A stretch of 64,000 nt of DNA from Histomonas meleagridis 2922-C6/04-290x (Eukaryota; Protista; Parabasalia). The DNA lies in contig JAANOX010000011.1 in assembly GCA_020184695.1 (NCBI GenBank), positions 1 to 64,000 on the forward strand, given 5' to 3'. A program made the translations under genes and the position numbers. Under the pieces are notes generated by a model. It did not search any database and had not been told where the DNA came from. It saw only the letters and a list, made by a program, of their open reading frames with translations. Positions 31,999-44,942 of the stretch are shown here, in pieces (the first letter of the stretch is position 1; each line of letters opens with the position of its first letter).

Positions 31999-34614
31999 AT
32001 GCAAGACCAAATGGATTTTCAAATATTTCTCAATGTGTCGAGTGAAAATGAAGAAATAAGAACTAATGCTGTCCAAATTATTGAACGTGCTGAGGAAGAT
32101 CCATCATTTGTTTCTTTTTTAGTAAATTCACTTCAAACTCCAGAATCACAAAAAAACCCGAGATTACAAAAAATGCTCCTAATTGTATTATACGATATTA
32201 CAAAGCGTCGATTTTCTCATATAATTTTAGCAGCAAAAGATCCGCAGTTTACACAAACACTTTTAAATTTATTATTTACTTTACCTTTTGAAGATCGCAA
32301 TATAATTGAAGACTGTATCATTGAGATTGCTCTTACATCACCGAATGATTTTTCTTCAATTATTCATATGGTTATACAATCAATAAACACAGATTCTCAA
32401 ATATCTCAAATTTGTACAGCAATGTCATTATCGTTAAAATGGGTTAATCAATCATCAGATTCAACTTTTATGACAAATATTGGAACTGTTTTAGTTCCCA
32501 TATTAAATAAAGTTGTATCACAATCTAATGATCCACATACTCCAAAAACGATATCCATTATTTCCAAACTTACATGTTCATTATTAACACGACGTAATCT
32601 TATTTTAGATTCTTCATTTGATCAAATCATCCTTGGATTTAATACTTTTCTAACAGTAAATGTTTCAAATGAATCGATCAATGAAATGAAAATCTCCATT
32701 CTTGATACTTTTGTAGAACTTTTAAATTGTGCATATGATAAATGGAAAAGTATTGAAGAAATTTCATCATGGAGAGAACATTTCAGCAAAGACATTCTTC
32801 CACCAATTGTTGCTACTTCTTACCAACTTCTTAATTTACCATTAGATGATGTTTTGTTTGGGAAAATATTTCAAATTTTTTATGTCTTTCTATCGTTTGG
32901 GATTTCACTCGACCATTTACTCACACAAAATTTCTTTCCGGCGGTTATTCGTGCCGCCAAATTAACGGCTTCCGATCTACAAGATTTTGAAGTTAATCCA
33001 TGTAATTTTATATCTTTTTGTTGTGAGCATGAAGTCTTAGAATTTTATTCACCACGTTTATGTTCATCTAAATTTCTTCAAATCATATTAGAGAAATATC
33101 GTGATCGCTTTGATCCATTACCATTACTTGTACAACCTTCAACTAATCCCATTGAGTTTGAAGCCCAAATTTATTTATTACAACGATATACCAAAATGTC
33201 AGATATACCAGATGATATATTTGAAGCCTTTTTCAATTTATTAACACAAGAACAACCATTATATATTGTCACGTCATTACTTTATTTTATAACAGGACCA
33301 ATGTCACGAAATTATAACATAGTTGGTATTAGTGTTGCCGAACATTTTATAATAAATTCTGAGAATATAATTATCCAATATGCTGGAGTATTATTAATGA
33401 ATTCATGTTTAGAAGAATTCTCTAATAAACTTCATGAACTGAATGACATTGTTGAAATTAATACTTCCGCAATCTTTCCGGCGTTATTAAACTTATCAAG
33501 TAAAATCTTTTTACCCGAACCAGTTGAACTTATGGAGAAACTATTTCAAATTGGCGGCGCTTCATTTTTAAACATTGTCACACAATTAATTGAATCATTT
33601 TTCCAACTTTGGTCTATTAATCAATCAACAACAGATGACTCACAATCATTAATTAATTCATCATTAATGAATAACATTGTTACTATATTAGAAATGATAC
33701 CATTTAATTCACCATTAATGATAAACTTGGCTCCAATGATATTAACACAATTAATGAAAGATATTACTGAATATCCGGATAATTTAACACTCACAGAACA
33801 AATACGTATAGCTGGTGTCTTTTCACATAAAGTTTCGCCACCACTTGAAGTTCAATTTATGTTTTTAACATTTATCTTGAATTTAAACACAGATCCATCA
33901 TTATTATCGACAAACTTAGTTATATTATTATGTCCATTAATCTTAAGTTCGATTAACATCATTAAAAACTTAGGAATATTACCACAAATTATGCAATTAT
34001 GTAATATATTGTTACAAAATGAACAAGACCCTGAAACTATTACACAAGGATTAATCATATGTTCATGTTTAATACAATCAGAGAATGGAATTGAATTTTT
34101 CCCATTTGTAACTACCGCATTACAAATATTAATTAATAAGCCAAAGATTATTATATTGTTTGGCGTTTTATATGTTTTATCCGCTGCTTTTTGTGTTAAC
34201 TTCGATGACGCTATAACATTAATTAACGTTGAAATCGTTAATTTGATATGTCATATGCTCCGAGAAAAAGATGTAGTAATGAGTTATCGAGAAATTAAAT
34301 TGGCGGTGTTCGTGTTAGTGAAATTCGCTAATTTGGGTAATAACGAGGCATATGAAATCGCGGCTTCTTTGTTCAGACAATTGTTCGAAATGGAAAAGCT
34401 GGATAAGAAAATTGGTGTTATTAACGGAGATAATATGTTGGACTTGGAAAACTTACATAGAAATGAAAATGTGATATCTTTGGCACCGTACGTGCTGATG
34501 CCATTGGATAACATTGACGAAATGAAGGAGTTCATGCAGGTGACAGAGAAAAATGGTTTGTTGGGAACATTGGAAAATGGAATTAATGATATTGTTAATG
34601 CATTCATACAATAA
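31999..34614 (+). CDS. Importin-beta family HEAT protein (importin-7/8-like)
   Basis: N-terminal SSENEEIRTNAVQII (IBN_N-like); DLQDFEVNPCNFI...SPRLCS; AACCGTTT M3 motif upstream. Confidence 0.7.
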   Translation: MQDQMDFQIFLNVSSENEEIRTNAVQIIERAEEDPSFVSFLVNSLQTPESQKNPRLQKMLLIVLYDITKRRFSHIILAAKDPQFTQTLLNLLFTLPFEDRNIIEDCIIEIALTSPNDFSSIIHMVIQSINTDSQISQICTAMSLSLKWVNQSSDSTFMTNIGTVLVPILNKVVSQSNDPHTPKTISIISKLTCSLLTRRNLILDSSFDQIILGFNTFLTVNVSNESINEMKISILDTFVELLNCAYDKWKSIEEISSWREHFSKDILPPIVATSYQLLNLPLDDVLFGKIFQIFYVFLSFGISLDHLLTQNFFPAVIRAAKLTASDLQDFEVNPCNFISFCCEHEVLEFYSPRLCSSKFLQIILEKYRDRFDPLPLLVQPSTNPIEFEAQIYLLQRYTKMSDIPDDIFEAFFNLLTQEQPLYIVTSLLYFITGPMSRNYNIVGISVAEHFIINSENIIIQYAGVLLMNSCLEEFSNKLHELNDIVEINTSAIFPALLNLSSKIFLPEPVELMEKLFQIGGASFLNIVTQLIESFFQLWSINQSTTDDSQSLINSSLMNNIVTILEMIPFNSPLMINLAPMILTQLMKDITEYPDNLTLTEQIRIAGVFSHKVSPPLEVQFMFLTFILNLNTDPSLLSTNLVILLCPLILSSINIIKNLGILPQIMQLCNILLQNEQDPETITQGLIICSCLIQSENGIEFFPFVTTALQILINKPKIIILFGVLYVLSAAFCVNFDDAITLINVEIVNLICHMLREKDVVMSYREIKLAVFVLVKFANLGNNEAYEIAASLFRQLFEMEKLDKKIGVINGDNMLDLENLHRNENVISLAPYVLMPLDNIDEMKEFMQVTEKNGLLGTLENGINDIVNAFIQ

Positions 34615-34959
34615 ATAAATATATATATTTAACTGTTTGTGTCGAATTTTACCAACCAAAATATACACAAATTTGTCGTTGTGCTTTAATTAGAATATAA
34701 AAATTGTTTTAATGGATGATACAGAAATACGTACTGTTCATGTGATACTTAAGATTTATATCAATTTCATATAAATAATAGAGAGAAAAGAAAAAATAAT
34801 GAAAAGAAAATAAAAGTTTTTAATTTTTTTACTTGTATTAATGTTTTGCACTTAATAAAATAATTTAATCTTTTTTTAATTATTACAACTCTTGGAAGAT
34901 ATAACAAGATTTGGTTTTTATAAAAATATTAGTATTTGTGACTTTAAATGCTTTTTTTA

Positions 34960-37900
34960 GATAAGCAATGAAACGACTTCGGAATTTCCGTTTTCTACTG
35001 CAATGGAGAGAGCTGTTTGAATTGATAAAATCCAACACCAAAAATCATTTGGAAACATTACACCAATAAAAATAACATTGTAAAATAAAAATGTATATCA
35101 CATTCATATATTTCAATTTCTTTATGTTTAAGAAGTTGTTTAATTATATTTATATCTCCAAGTTTACATGCATACATAAGTGCTGTACAAGATAACATGA
35201 AAATAATCCAAATTTTATTCTAAAACATTAAATATTTGAAAGAAAATTCAAAAAGATTAAATAAATATCTTTTTCATTTATTTTTATTCTTTTTTGCTGA
35301 AGAAGTAACTTTACGATTTTATAATTTCTATCACATACCGCAGAAATTAAAGCAATGAAAAATAATTTGTACAAAATCCAAATATTATTTTAATTCTTTA
35401 ATTTATTACAATAAATATTATATACAGTTAATAAAAATCTTTAACATTTATATCTATTTCATCTTTTGCAAGAAGTAAATTTACAATTTCAACATTTTTT
35501 TCAATATAACGAGTTACATCTTCTCTGGGATCCCAATCTTCATCAGCTTCAATGAGTAAAAATTCTTTCATTATTTCATTAACTTCAGATGCATAAAAAA
35601 GTGCTGTTTTATATAATTTGAATATTTTCCAAATATCATTTTAAAATCAAAAATTATTAAAATAAACATTTAATAGAACAAAATAATATCCCTGATATTA
35701 ATATCAATTTCTTTATGCTCAAGGAGTACTTTAACAACATTAGGTTCAGCACTTTCAGCGGCTTCAATAAGAGCTGTATGAAATATGTATAATAAATTCC
35801 AAATATTTCTTTGAAACAATTAACAAATTGAATTAATTTCAATTAATATTAAAAAGTATTTTTTGCATTAATTGCAATATCTTTTTGTTGCAAAAGTAAT
35901 TTAACAATTTCAGTTTTCCCATTTGACGCTGCACTCATGAGTGCTGAATTAAGTTATTATAACATAAATTCCAAAAATCATTTTAAAACATTAAAACATT
36001 AAATTTAATATCAAATTCTATATATAAATATCCTTTGCATTGAAATTAATTTCTTTTTGTTCAAGAAGTAATTTAACAATTTCTTTATGCCATGATAAGA
36101 AGCTAGCATAAGTGCTGTTGCTCCATATTAAATTTTAAAAAATCAAAAAAATGAAGCAAAAATCGAATATAGAAAAAATATATCTTTCGCATTTATATCA
36201 ATTTTGTCTTCTTTTAGAAGCATTTTAACAACATCAACACGACCATTTTCAGATGCACTTATAAGTGGAGTAACAAAATATTTATATATTTATCATATTT
36301 TCTTTTGAAATATAATACAAATAAAACAAATATTAAACATAAAAAAATAAAATTTTTAATATTAACATCAATTCCTTCTTGTTCAAGAAGAAACTTAACA
36401 TATTTAGTTTGACCATATTTAGATAACAATTGAAGTGCTGATGAAAACATTATAAATAAATTCCAAATATTAACATGAAATCGAAACTTATTAAAACAAA
36501 AATCAATTAAAAGTAAATAACATTTTTAGCATTAAAATCAATTCCTTTTTGTTTAAAAAAATATTCTATAATCGCTGTGTAACAATTTTCGCAAGCACTA
36601 ATAAATAATTCTTCCAATACTTTAGGAAAATTTTAAAATCAAGTTTGAAACTTCACTCGATTAAAAGAAACTTTTTTAGAAGAAGTTTTAATTCCATTAT
36701 GTTCAAGAAAGATTACAACAAAATCAATAAGTTTGTTTTGTATATCTTTTATCTGTAAATTTTTATAACATTTGAAAAAATATTTTTAACATCTAAATCT
36801 TTTTCATTTTGTTCAAGAATTAATTGATTAATAATTTCTATTTCTTTTTGTGATTTGTTATTAAATGATGATTCATATAATTTTATGATTTTTTGCTTTA
36901 GAAATACTTTAACTATTTCTTTGATATTACTTTCAGATACAGCAATAAATAACTCACCAAAAAAGTTTAACAAACTTTAAAAATTCGTATAATATCAAAA
37001 ATTATTGAACAAAATATCACCATCAAAATTCTTGTTCTCAATTTCAAGGATTTTTTTTGCAACTTCAACAAATCCCTCTGTGAAAGCAATTAATGTTATT
37101 TTATCAAATAAAATAAAGAAATCTTAAATATTATTATGAAAACAAAAATTATTATTATAAACATCATTATCATTAAAATCAATATTTCCTTGTTCAAATT
37201 GTAGACAAAAACTTTTTATTGTACCATTTTGAAATACGTCCAAAAGCTTAGCATTAAATATTAATAGAAAATTTCAAAAAATTCATTCGAATATATAATA
37301 AAATAAAATCACATTAAACAAAAATATTAAATATCTCTTTCTTCAATCTTGCTTAATTTCTTTTCAATAATAAATTCAGCTACTTCTATTTGATCATTAA
37401 CAGTTGCTACATTAACTGCTGTTTCAAAAAAATTGAATAATTTTCATATATTATATAAAAATTTCAAAATATTATAATAAGAAAAATGTAAAAGAAAAAA
37501 ATGTTTTTAGCATCAATATTAATGTCTTCTTGAGAAAGAAGCATTTTAACAATTTCAATATTACCTTTTTTAGATGCATGCATAAGAGCAGTTTGAAATA
37601 TTATATTTATTTCCCATAAATTCTTATGAAATATTAAGTTATTAAATTAAATAAAATATAATATATATAAATATCTATGGCATTAATATTAATTTCTTTT
37701 CTTTCAAGAAGTAACTTAACAATTTCTTTATAATTTTTTTCGGATGAAAGAATTAAAGAAGTTTTAAAAATATTTAATAAACTCCAAACAGTTTATTGAA
37801 ACTGCAATCACTTAAAACAAACTTCAAGCAACACAACAAAAGATTTTGATGATTAACATCAATTTCTTTGCATTTTAAGAGCATCTTAACAATTTTATCA

Positions 37901-38352
37901 TTACCATTTTTTGATCCATATAATAATGCATCATTAAATAATAGCTATAAACCATAAATATTTTGGTAATATGTTAGAAAAGCAAAATAAAATTTATATT
38001 ATTTATAAAAATATCTGTAACATTAACATCAATTTTTTCATTCTCAAGAAGTAATTTAACAATTTCATCAAAGTTTTTATTAGATGCAATTAAAAGAGCT
38101 GTTTGAAATCAATTTGATAAATACCAAAACATTTTGTTATGCTTCAAATTATTAAAACAATCTTTGAAACAAACATATTAATATCTTTTATATTTACATC
38201 AATTTCTTCATGTTCAAGAAGTACATTAACAATTTCTGTTAAACCATATTCAGATGCATAAATAAGAGGTGTTTTAAATAGTTAAAATAAATTCCAAATC
38301 ATATTTGTAATCCATAATATAAATATTTAATCTTTATAAAATTCATTGAAAA
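34960..38352 (-). other. Locus C array: ~19 ankyrin modules with spacers
   Basis: The first six D-to-T gaps are all exactly 80 nt; modules 6-10 are degenerate; module 16 has an in-frame acidic insertion. Confidence 0.88.
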
Positions 38353-39540
38353 ATTTTTCATATTAATATTTATACCTTTAAATTGAAGAACAGATTCAAC
38401 AAGTTCAAAATTTCTTGAAACTGTTGATAAAAACAAAATAGAAGTCGGAACTTGATCTCTTCCTTCGAGAAAAGATAACGCAAGCTTTGTATTACCATTT
38501 CGTACTAGTTGAATGATTATAGAATCATCAATTATTAATCCTTCTTCGATTAAAAATTCAAGAATCTCAAAGTTATAATGTTGAACACATTTTTTCCCTA
38601 ATTTATTTATATCTTTAACATCGACAATTTTGTTTTCATAAATATAAAAAAAGATATCATTTCGATGGAATTTAATTGCTGCTTCATATGATCCATTAAA
38701 TGATGAGTTACTTTGTCTACATATATGAATGATTTCAAAATTTCCACCTGCAACAGCATATTTTCCTGTATTTGTTAAATCAGCACCATTTAATAATAAG
38801 TATTTAAAACATTTAATTGATCCAAAATATGCAGCATAATCAATTAATGTAACATTTTTATGGTTAACAAATGAACATCTATCATATATAGATGGTTCAA
38901 TTATTTGATTAAAATCAAAGTTTGCTTGTGCTGATAATTCTTGAAGTTTTTCTATTTTATCTTTTCTTATTATTTTTGTAATATTTGATGGATTAAATCC
39001 TTCATATAAGTAATAATAATGTTCCCCATTTTTACAACTAAATTTGATTTCTTTATAAAATTTGTTACTAATTGATAAGCTATAATTTCCAAATTTTTGC
39101 ATTTTAAAATTTTTAAGTGCAGAAATATTAGGAATAAAATACATATTGTTCTTTACTGTGGTAATATCTGAGTTTATATACTCTTCTTCCACTAATATTT
39201 TAAGAAGATAATTTGATTCTTGAGACTTATCAAGAAAAAAAATTCGAGATAGAATTTTGAATATATCAATATTAATGTTATACATTTCTCTTGCTTTTTT
39301 ATTATAACGATATAAAAAATTAAAATACAAAGCATAATTATTAACATGCGATTAAACAAAGGATTTATATACTAAAAAACATAAAATATGGTTGAATGAA
39401 TATGGAAATTTTTTATCATATAAATCAATTGTTAAATTAATGGTTTCATAAAAATTATCAAAATTCAAATTATCAATATTGAATTGTAAGATTTTCAGCC
39501 ATAGGAGAATTTCTTCTTGACTTTTATTTTGTTCCAGCAT
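38299..39540 (-). pseudogene. Locus C head ORF with one in-frame TAA (39352-4)
   Basis: ORFs 39352-39540 and 38299-39330 are in the same frame; homologous to heads A and B. Confidence 0.8.
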
Positions 39541-39667
39541 CCAATCGTAATTGTAATAAGCTTGAAGTAATTGGAATAACCCGTGTTTTGAATGTCTTAC
39601 TTCAAAACTGACATGATCACTTCAAAAAAGTGTTGAAATATGAAATTAACTATTGTTTTAAAAAACG

Positions 39668-41232
39668 CAAACTAGTAACATTGAAGAAGATCCATTTGCT
39701 GTTGATTTTAAGGAAGAAAATTTTGTTAACATATAAAGAAAGGAATTTTTTCATAAGAATTATATTATACACATTGTAAACAAAAAGAACAAGTATCTTG
39801 GGCACGTATTATAAAATTTTATTATAGAATAAGACGATCATCAACATCAACATCGCATTGGGCACCCCTATTTATCACGAAACACTTTTAATAAGTTTAT
39901 TTACTTTTGAGAGAGAGGAATCTTTTTCTAACGAAAAGTTGCAAATTTCAACGTCAAAAACGAGTGAAGTCATAACTGCTTTGACAGAAAAATAAGGATG
40001 GGTTGCGAGTCATCAAAAGCGAACGAAACAGAGAATCAAACCATCTTTCCGAATCAAGTTAGTAGCACGCCTGTTGTTAAGAACAAGAAAGAAGAAGAGA
40101 ACAAGCAAGGGACAGAAGAGAAAGGTGAACAAGAAAGCCAACCAGTTTCCTCAGAAGTTACTTCAGAAACGCAAAATGCTACAGAAGAAACATCCAATGA
40201 AAACAGTGAGATGGTTAAATCTACCATCACCGTTATGAAACCAGCATGAATAATTTTTCAATAAACATTAAAAATGAAATAATTTTTTTTTTGAATAAAA
40301 AAGAATAAGAAGAAAAAGAGAAAAAAAACATTTTATTTGTAGATTCAACCAAACCCGAAATGACTACTGACTTCTTCTTCATTTTCATCATTCGCCCATG
40401 ATGCTGGACAACATGTACATGGGTCATATAAGAAATCATAATCAACATTATCGAAGTTTAACTCTGTTTGTGGTGGTTCATTGTTCGTACCTAATGTTGC
40501 TTTAATTTCATCGTTATTGATGTTTTTCTTCAAAACCTGGTGATGAAGGAAGTCGTTCTTCTGGTGTAACAAAGTTAGGATGAAAGAAAACAAAAGTTGG
40601 AGTGAAATATTGTGCTGGATATGAAATTGGTGAATATTGCATTTTACGCCGAACTGTCCATTGTCGTTGTTCAACAAAATTTCCTTTTAAATATGGAATA
40701 TAATTTAACAAATTCGCAGTGTTTTGTGATTTAATCGGTAACGTGCTATAACCCATCTTGGATAATGCTCCATTAATAGATGATTTACATTTGTCGACTA
40801 AAATTCGTAACTGTCGAATATTAACGGCTAAATCTTGACTCATCCAACAAATACCACAAACTAAATATCGTTTCCAATCTTCACCATCTTGACGAACACA
40901 AAATTCTTGAATAATATCAAGTGAATCTTGAAAACATTCAATCCGTTTGTTCTTTTTAAAATTTTTATCTGAACTGCTGATTTTTGCTTTGATTTCTTGA
41001 TATTTCTTTTGATCTTCTTTCGTCAAAAAATCAAAATAATCGGGAAATTCGGATATAATCTTTTCTTCATTCTTCATTTTTGATGAAAATTCGTTTTTGA
41101 AATTTTTTTTTTCTCAAAACAAACGGTCGGCCAATCGTAAACTTTTCTTTTTCTTTATCGGAGGAGGTTATATGATAGTTCATTTTGTTATATTCTTCGT
41201 GAATTCTTTCTACGTTTTTCAACATTTTTGAT
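39668..41232. repeat. Inverted duplication of 49817-51392
   Basis: Near-identical reverse complement covering the BspA tail, the MGC protein and the IBD gene. Confidence 0.95.
39998..40249 (+). CDS. Small acidic protein with N-myristoylation/palmitoylation motif, copy 1
   Basis: MGCESSK start; identical to 50813-51064. Confidence 0.75.
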   Translation: MGCESSKANETENQTIFPNQVSSTPVVKNKKEEENKQGTEEKGEQESQPVSSEVTSETQNATEETSNENSEMVKSTITVMKPA

Positions 41233-41249
41233 ATCTTCTTATTTATCAT
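40345..41249 (-). pseudogene. Initiator-binding-domain (IBP39-like) gene copy with two +1 A frameshifts
   Basis: Extra A in homopolymers near 41095 and 40525 relative to 49824-50702. Confidence 0.8.
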
Positions 41250-41440
41250 GAATTAATTAACGATTTTTGAGTTACCTTTCCCAAATGCCAAAGAAAGTGC
41301 TATTTGAAATGTTTAAAATTTATTCCAAAAAATATTTTGAAATTTTAATTCATTAAAGCAAATATCAAATTAAATAAAGCCTTCCGCATTGAAATCAATT
41401 TCTTTATGTTTAAGAAGTGATTCAATATTTCTGCATTAAT
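41250..41440 (-). pseudogene. Ankyrin module/spacer remnant (F)
   Basis: TTTCAAAATATTTTTTGGAA, 19 nt, then IALSLAFGKGNSKIVN. Confidence 0.65.
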
Positions 41441-41641
41441 CTATTCAAAAATGCAGAAATGACTATTTCGTGGAAATTTTTGTTCAAATAAAGTCTTATC
41501 TTCTTTCATAAAAACATCTAGGTATTGATTATAAAAGAAAATTTTATGATAATATCTATTAAGGAAGCTTGAAATTTGGAAAACAAACAAGTCAGCAAGA
41601 ATTAGCACTTTTTTTCACTTCCGTTATGTTTTTGTTAACGT

Positions 41642-42388
41642 TTGCCGATGTTTGAGCTAGAAGACAAAGGTTTATTCTTTCCTTATGATGGACTTGGTAA
41701 TTTTTTAGCGCAAAAAGATGATGAACTATTACGAGCTCATGAAGTTTTGTCTTTGATGCAAAATAAAATTAATTTTTGTGAAAAATATTATTTTGAAAAT
41801 ATCAAAAATCTTAAAGAGCAAAAAATAAAATTAAAAAGCCTTATAGCAGAAGAAAATGAAGGCTATAGAAATTTGATAAATGAAGAAATCAAATCACACC
41901 AAGCAGCAATTAATTTAATGATTTCCGAATTCAATCAAAAACATTGTTATTTGAAGCGAAAAATAAAGTCTCAGATTAATCTTATGGATTTTGGTTCCAT
42001 TTACTCATCAAATTTTGATCATTTAGATGCATGTATTGATTTGATTAACTTTTCAATCTCTGAATACCAGAAACATATTAATACTGATTCTCCATCTTTA
42101 TTAAATTCTCTTGAACGCACATATAAAGATCTAAAAAGCTTAAGAAACAATATTAATAAATCTTCAAAATATTTTGATGAAGAAATCAAAAGAATTCAAA
42201 ACAAAATTATCCGAACACAAGAAAAAGCAAACTTAATTAATATCAATCCGGCACGTCACCGATCCGATCCGGATCACTCCAACAAACTCTCGCCATATAA
42301 TGCACAATTTAAATCTGTTCTTAATGAAGCAATGGTCACTAACAAAAGACTAATGAAACTGCATCAAAAACTTACAAATCGTAAATAA
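41642..42388 (+). CDS. Hypothetical coiled-coil protein
   Basis: 248-aa ORF rich in K/E/N/L heptads. Confidence 0.65.
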   Translation: MPMFELEDKGLFFPYDGLGNFLAQKDDELLRAHEVLSLMQNKINFCEKYYFENIKNLKEQKIKLKSLIAEENEGYRNLINEEIKSHQAAINLMISEFNQKHCYLKRKIKSQINLMDFGSIYSSNFDHLDACIDLINFSISEYQKHINTDSPSLLNSLERTYKDLKSLRNNINKSSKYFDEEIKRIQNKIIRTQEKANLININPARHRSDPDHSNKLSPYNAQFKSVLNEAMVTNKRLMKLHQKLTNRK

Positions 42389-43259
42389 GAGCCAAAAAAT
42401 ATAACGAAGCCAAACTGCTACATAACACAAAATAAAGTGGTTGAAGATAGGTTTCCCAAACACCTCAGTTTTTGAATATAAATCCGATGATTTTTCATTC
42501 ATTCGATTCTATCGTTGGGAAACCACTTTTTTGATGCTTTTTTGTTTTCTGTGCAGATTCTTGTGCTGACACAATTTCCTTCTGGATTTTCAAGGGGCAC
42601 TGGAATTTTAGGGAGTTGACCGTAGTATAGCTTGGGTTTAAACTGGATTTTCTTGGATGGTTTTTTTGGTGAAACCCAATTTTCTTTACTTTACAAAAAA
42701 AAATTTCAGTTCGAAGTCCAATTTTTCAATAACTGTACGATCATGTTTTTTGATGTTTCTCTCAATTTCTGAGGCGAATCATTGACGAAATAATTCAAAG
42801 AAAATAAGAAATGCCAAATTTTTTGGAATCATTTTACACTTGTTCAAAAGTGCTATGGTTTCGAACGATCAATATTGGTTAAAATCAATTTTTCAACAGG
42901 TTCAAAATAAAACCGTTATTTGGAGAAATGCTGCATTCAAAATTCAGTGTGATCTGTTAATTGTATTGAAATAAACTTTTTGTATGTTTTTATTTATCGT
43001 GTTTTCTTGGTTGAGAACGATGTCTTCTTATTTCTTTTATTTTTTAACAGGATTTTGATACAATTTAATTATGGAACCTTCTGTCACTTTTTATAATAAA
43101 CATTGAGTTCCAGCTTTGTGAACATCTTCCGATTGCAAAAACTATAAAACATGCATCAGCAAAAGTTGAGCCAACGAAACGACGAAAAGGCGAAGCGGTT
43201 GAAGCCCTCTGTATCGTTTTTGACTGATTTATCAATAAGTTTCTCAAGTTTTCTCAAGA

Positions 43260-44942
43260 ATGTGTTGTTTCTTCTTGGCTTTCCCCGTGCATTTCTTTTG
43301 CTCGTTACAAATCTCTCCACAAAATTCAGGTTTAAAGATTTTTGGTGATCAATTATCTATTTCTCAAACTTTCAAACATTACACTTGCCTTACTTCGAAA
43401 TCAAAAAAGGACATCTACTTTACATCATCATCCCATGAAAAAGCGAATGTATCCATTAAAGTAACAAATTTTATTATTCTAAAAGATAATGAAACCTATT
43501 CATTTAATATCAGTGCAGAAAAATATCATTGGCATTTCCCTTTATTAGAATTACCAATTTCATATGTTAAACATTATTTCAAATTCTTTTCTTTAGTACT
43601 TAATCATTTAACAATAAAAGAACACTTAGCATTTTCAATGAATAATATTTTCATAAAGAAAATGTTCAAATTCATTAAAGTTATTCAAGTTCTGATGTAT
43701 AACATTTTTATTTTGGGATTTTTATTATTTTTTGAAATTAAACTTTTAATGAACAAATTGAAAACATGCGAAAAGAAAAAACAAAAAAATGTTTTAATTT
43801 TTGTTATATTTTTCATAAATTCCTTTCAAATATTATATGATAATAATTCAACATTAATAATAACAAATTTAAATGATTTTAAAGAAATTGATCAATATAA
43901 ACACATCACGAAATTTATAAACATTAGTGAAGGAATTTATTCGATTCCAAGTAGTGCATTTTCAGGATGGCCATTAGTTATTTCAGTTAATTTTGGTAAT
44001 TCTATATCAGATATTGGTGGTTCTGTGTTTTCGTTATGTTCTAATTTAGAAAGGATTATATTTGGCGGAAATGTTACAAGGATTGGTGGTTCAGCATTTT
44101 CATTATGTTCATCCATCAACAGCATTACAATTCCAAATTCAGTCACATCGATTGGCAGTTATGCATTTTCATTATGTTCTAATTTAATGATATTAACACT
44201 TGGTTCTGGAATAAGAGAAATTGGAAGTTCAGCATTTGGTAATTGTAATTCACTTGAATGTATTTATTATTATGGAGATACAGAACCAAATATTGGAACA
44301 AATGCATTTTATAATGTTACAACGACAGTAATAACATATCCAACATATGTAGGAAGTAAATTTGGAAATTTAGATGTTTACAAAGACAACACAGAAGGAA
44401 ACTGCAGCCCGATTGCAACAATTTCATTTTCTTCATCACACACACTCAGTCGAAGTGATACATTCACTGAATCATATCAAAGTGATTTAACATTTTCATT
44501 TTCATATACATTAACATATACATTGACAATTGCTTATTCATTTACATATTACGAAACGCAAACAAGATCGCTTTCATTATCCATAATTAATTCAACATTT
44601 TCTTATGTTGAAACAGAATTTCTTTATTATGATTACACAGTTATTATGTATTCGACATATTATAATTATTATTCAAATTTCATTACGATGTTTCACACGA
44701 ACATTTTACAAACAAATGGACTTACAACTAATGCATTGATTGGAATTGTTTGCGGATCAATTGCACGTGGCTTACTCATTGTTGGAATTGTTATATTCTT
44801 AATAAAAAGTAATAACAAAAAACGAAAATCGACATCGACATTACAATTTAAGGATACAACTACATCAAGTACAAAACAAATGGAGGAAGTGAATACTTTA
44901 GTTGAAGATATTGTTAAAGAAGATGAAGACAATTGGCTGTGA
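43260..44942 (+). CDS. BspA-like TpLRR surface protein 1 (true start uncertain)
   Basis: IPSSAFSGW, IGGSAFSLC and IPNSVTSIGSYAF repeats, S/T/Y-rich stalk, C-terminal TM. Confidence 0.88.
   Translation: MCCFFLAFPVHFFCSLQISPQNSGLKIFGDQLSISQTFKHYTCLTSKSKKDIYFTSSSHEKANVSIKVTNFIILKDNETYSFNISAEKYHWHFPLLELPISYVKHYFKFFSLVLNHLTIKEHLAFSMNNIFIKKMFKFIKVIQVLMYNIFILGFLLFFEIKLLMNKLKTCEKKKQKNVLIFVIFFINSFQILYDNNSTLIITNLNDFKEIDQYKHITKFINISEGIYSIPSSAFSGWPLVISVNFGNSISDIGGSVFSLCSNLERIIFGGNVTRIGGSAFSLCSSINSITIPNSVTSIGSYAFSLCSNLMILTLGSGIREIGSSAFGNCNSLECIYYYGDTEPNIGTNAFYNVTTTVITYPTYVGSKFGNLDVYKDNTEGNCSPIATISFSSSHTLSRSDTFTESYQSDLTFSFSYTLTYTLTIAYSFTYYETQTRSLSLSIINSTFSYVETEFLYYDYTVIMYSTYYNYYSNFITMFHTNILQTNGLTTNALIGIVCGSIARGLLIVGIVIFLIKSNNKKRKSTSTLQFKDTTTSSTKQMEEVNTLVEDIVKEDEDNWL

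Noticed and set aside
15034-39540. TAA stop-codon reassignment
   Set aside because: In-frame TAAs occur in damaged loci at positions one mutation from different residues (K, Y, E), and housekeeping genes terminate at TAA.
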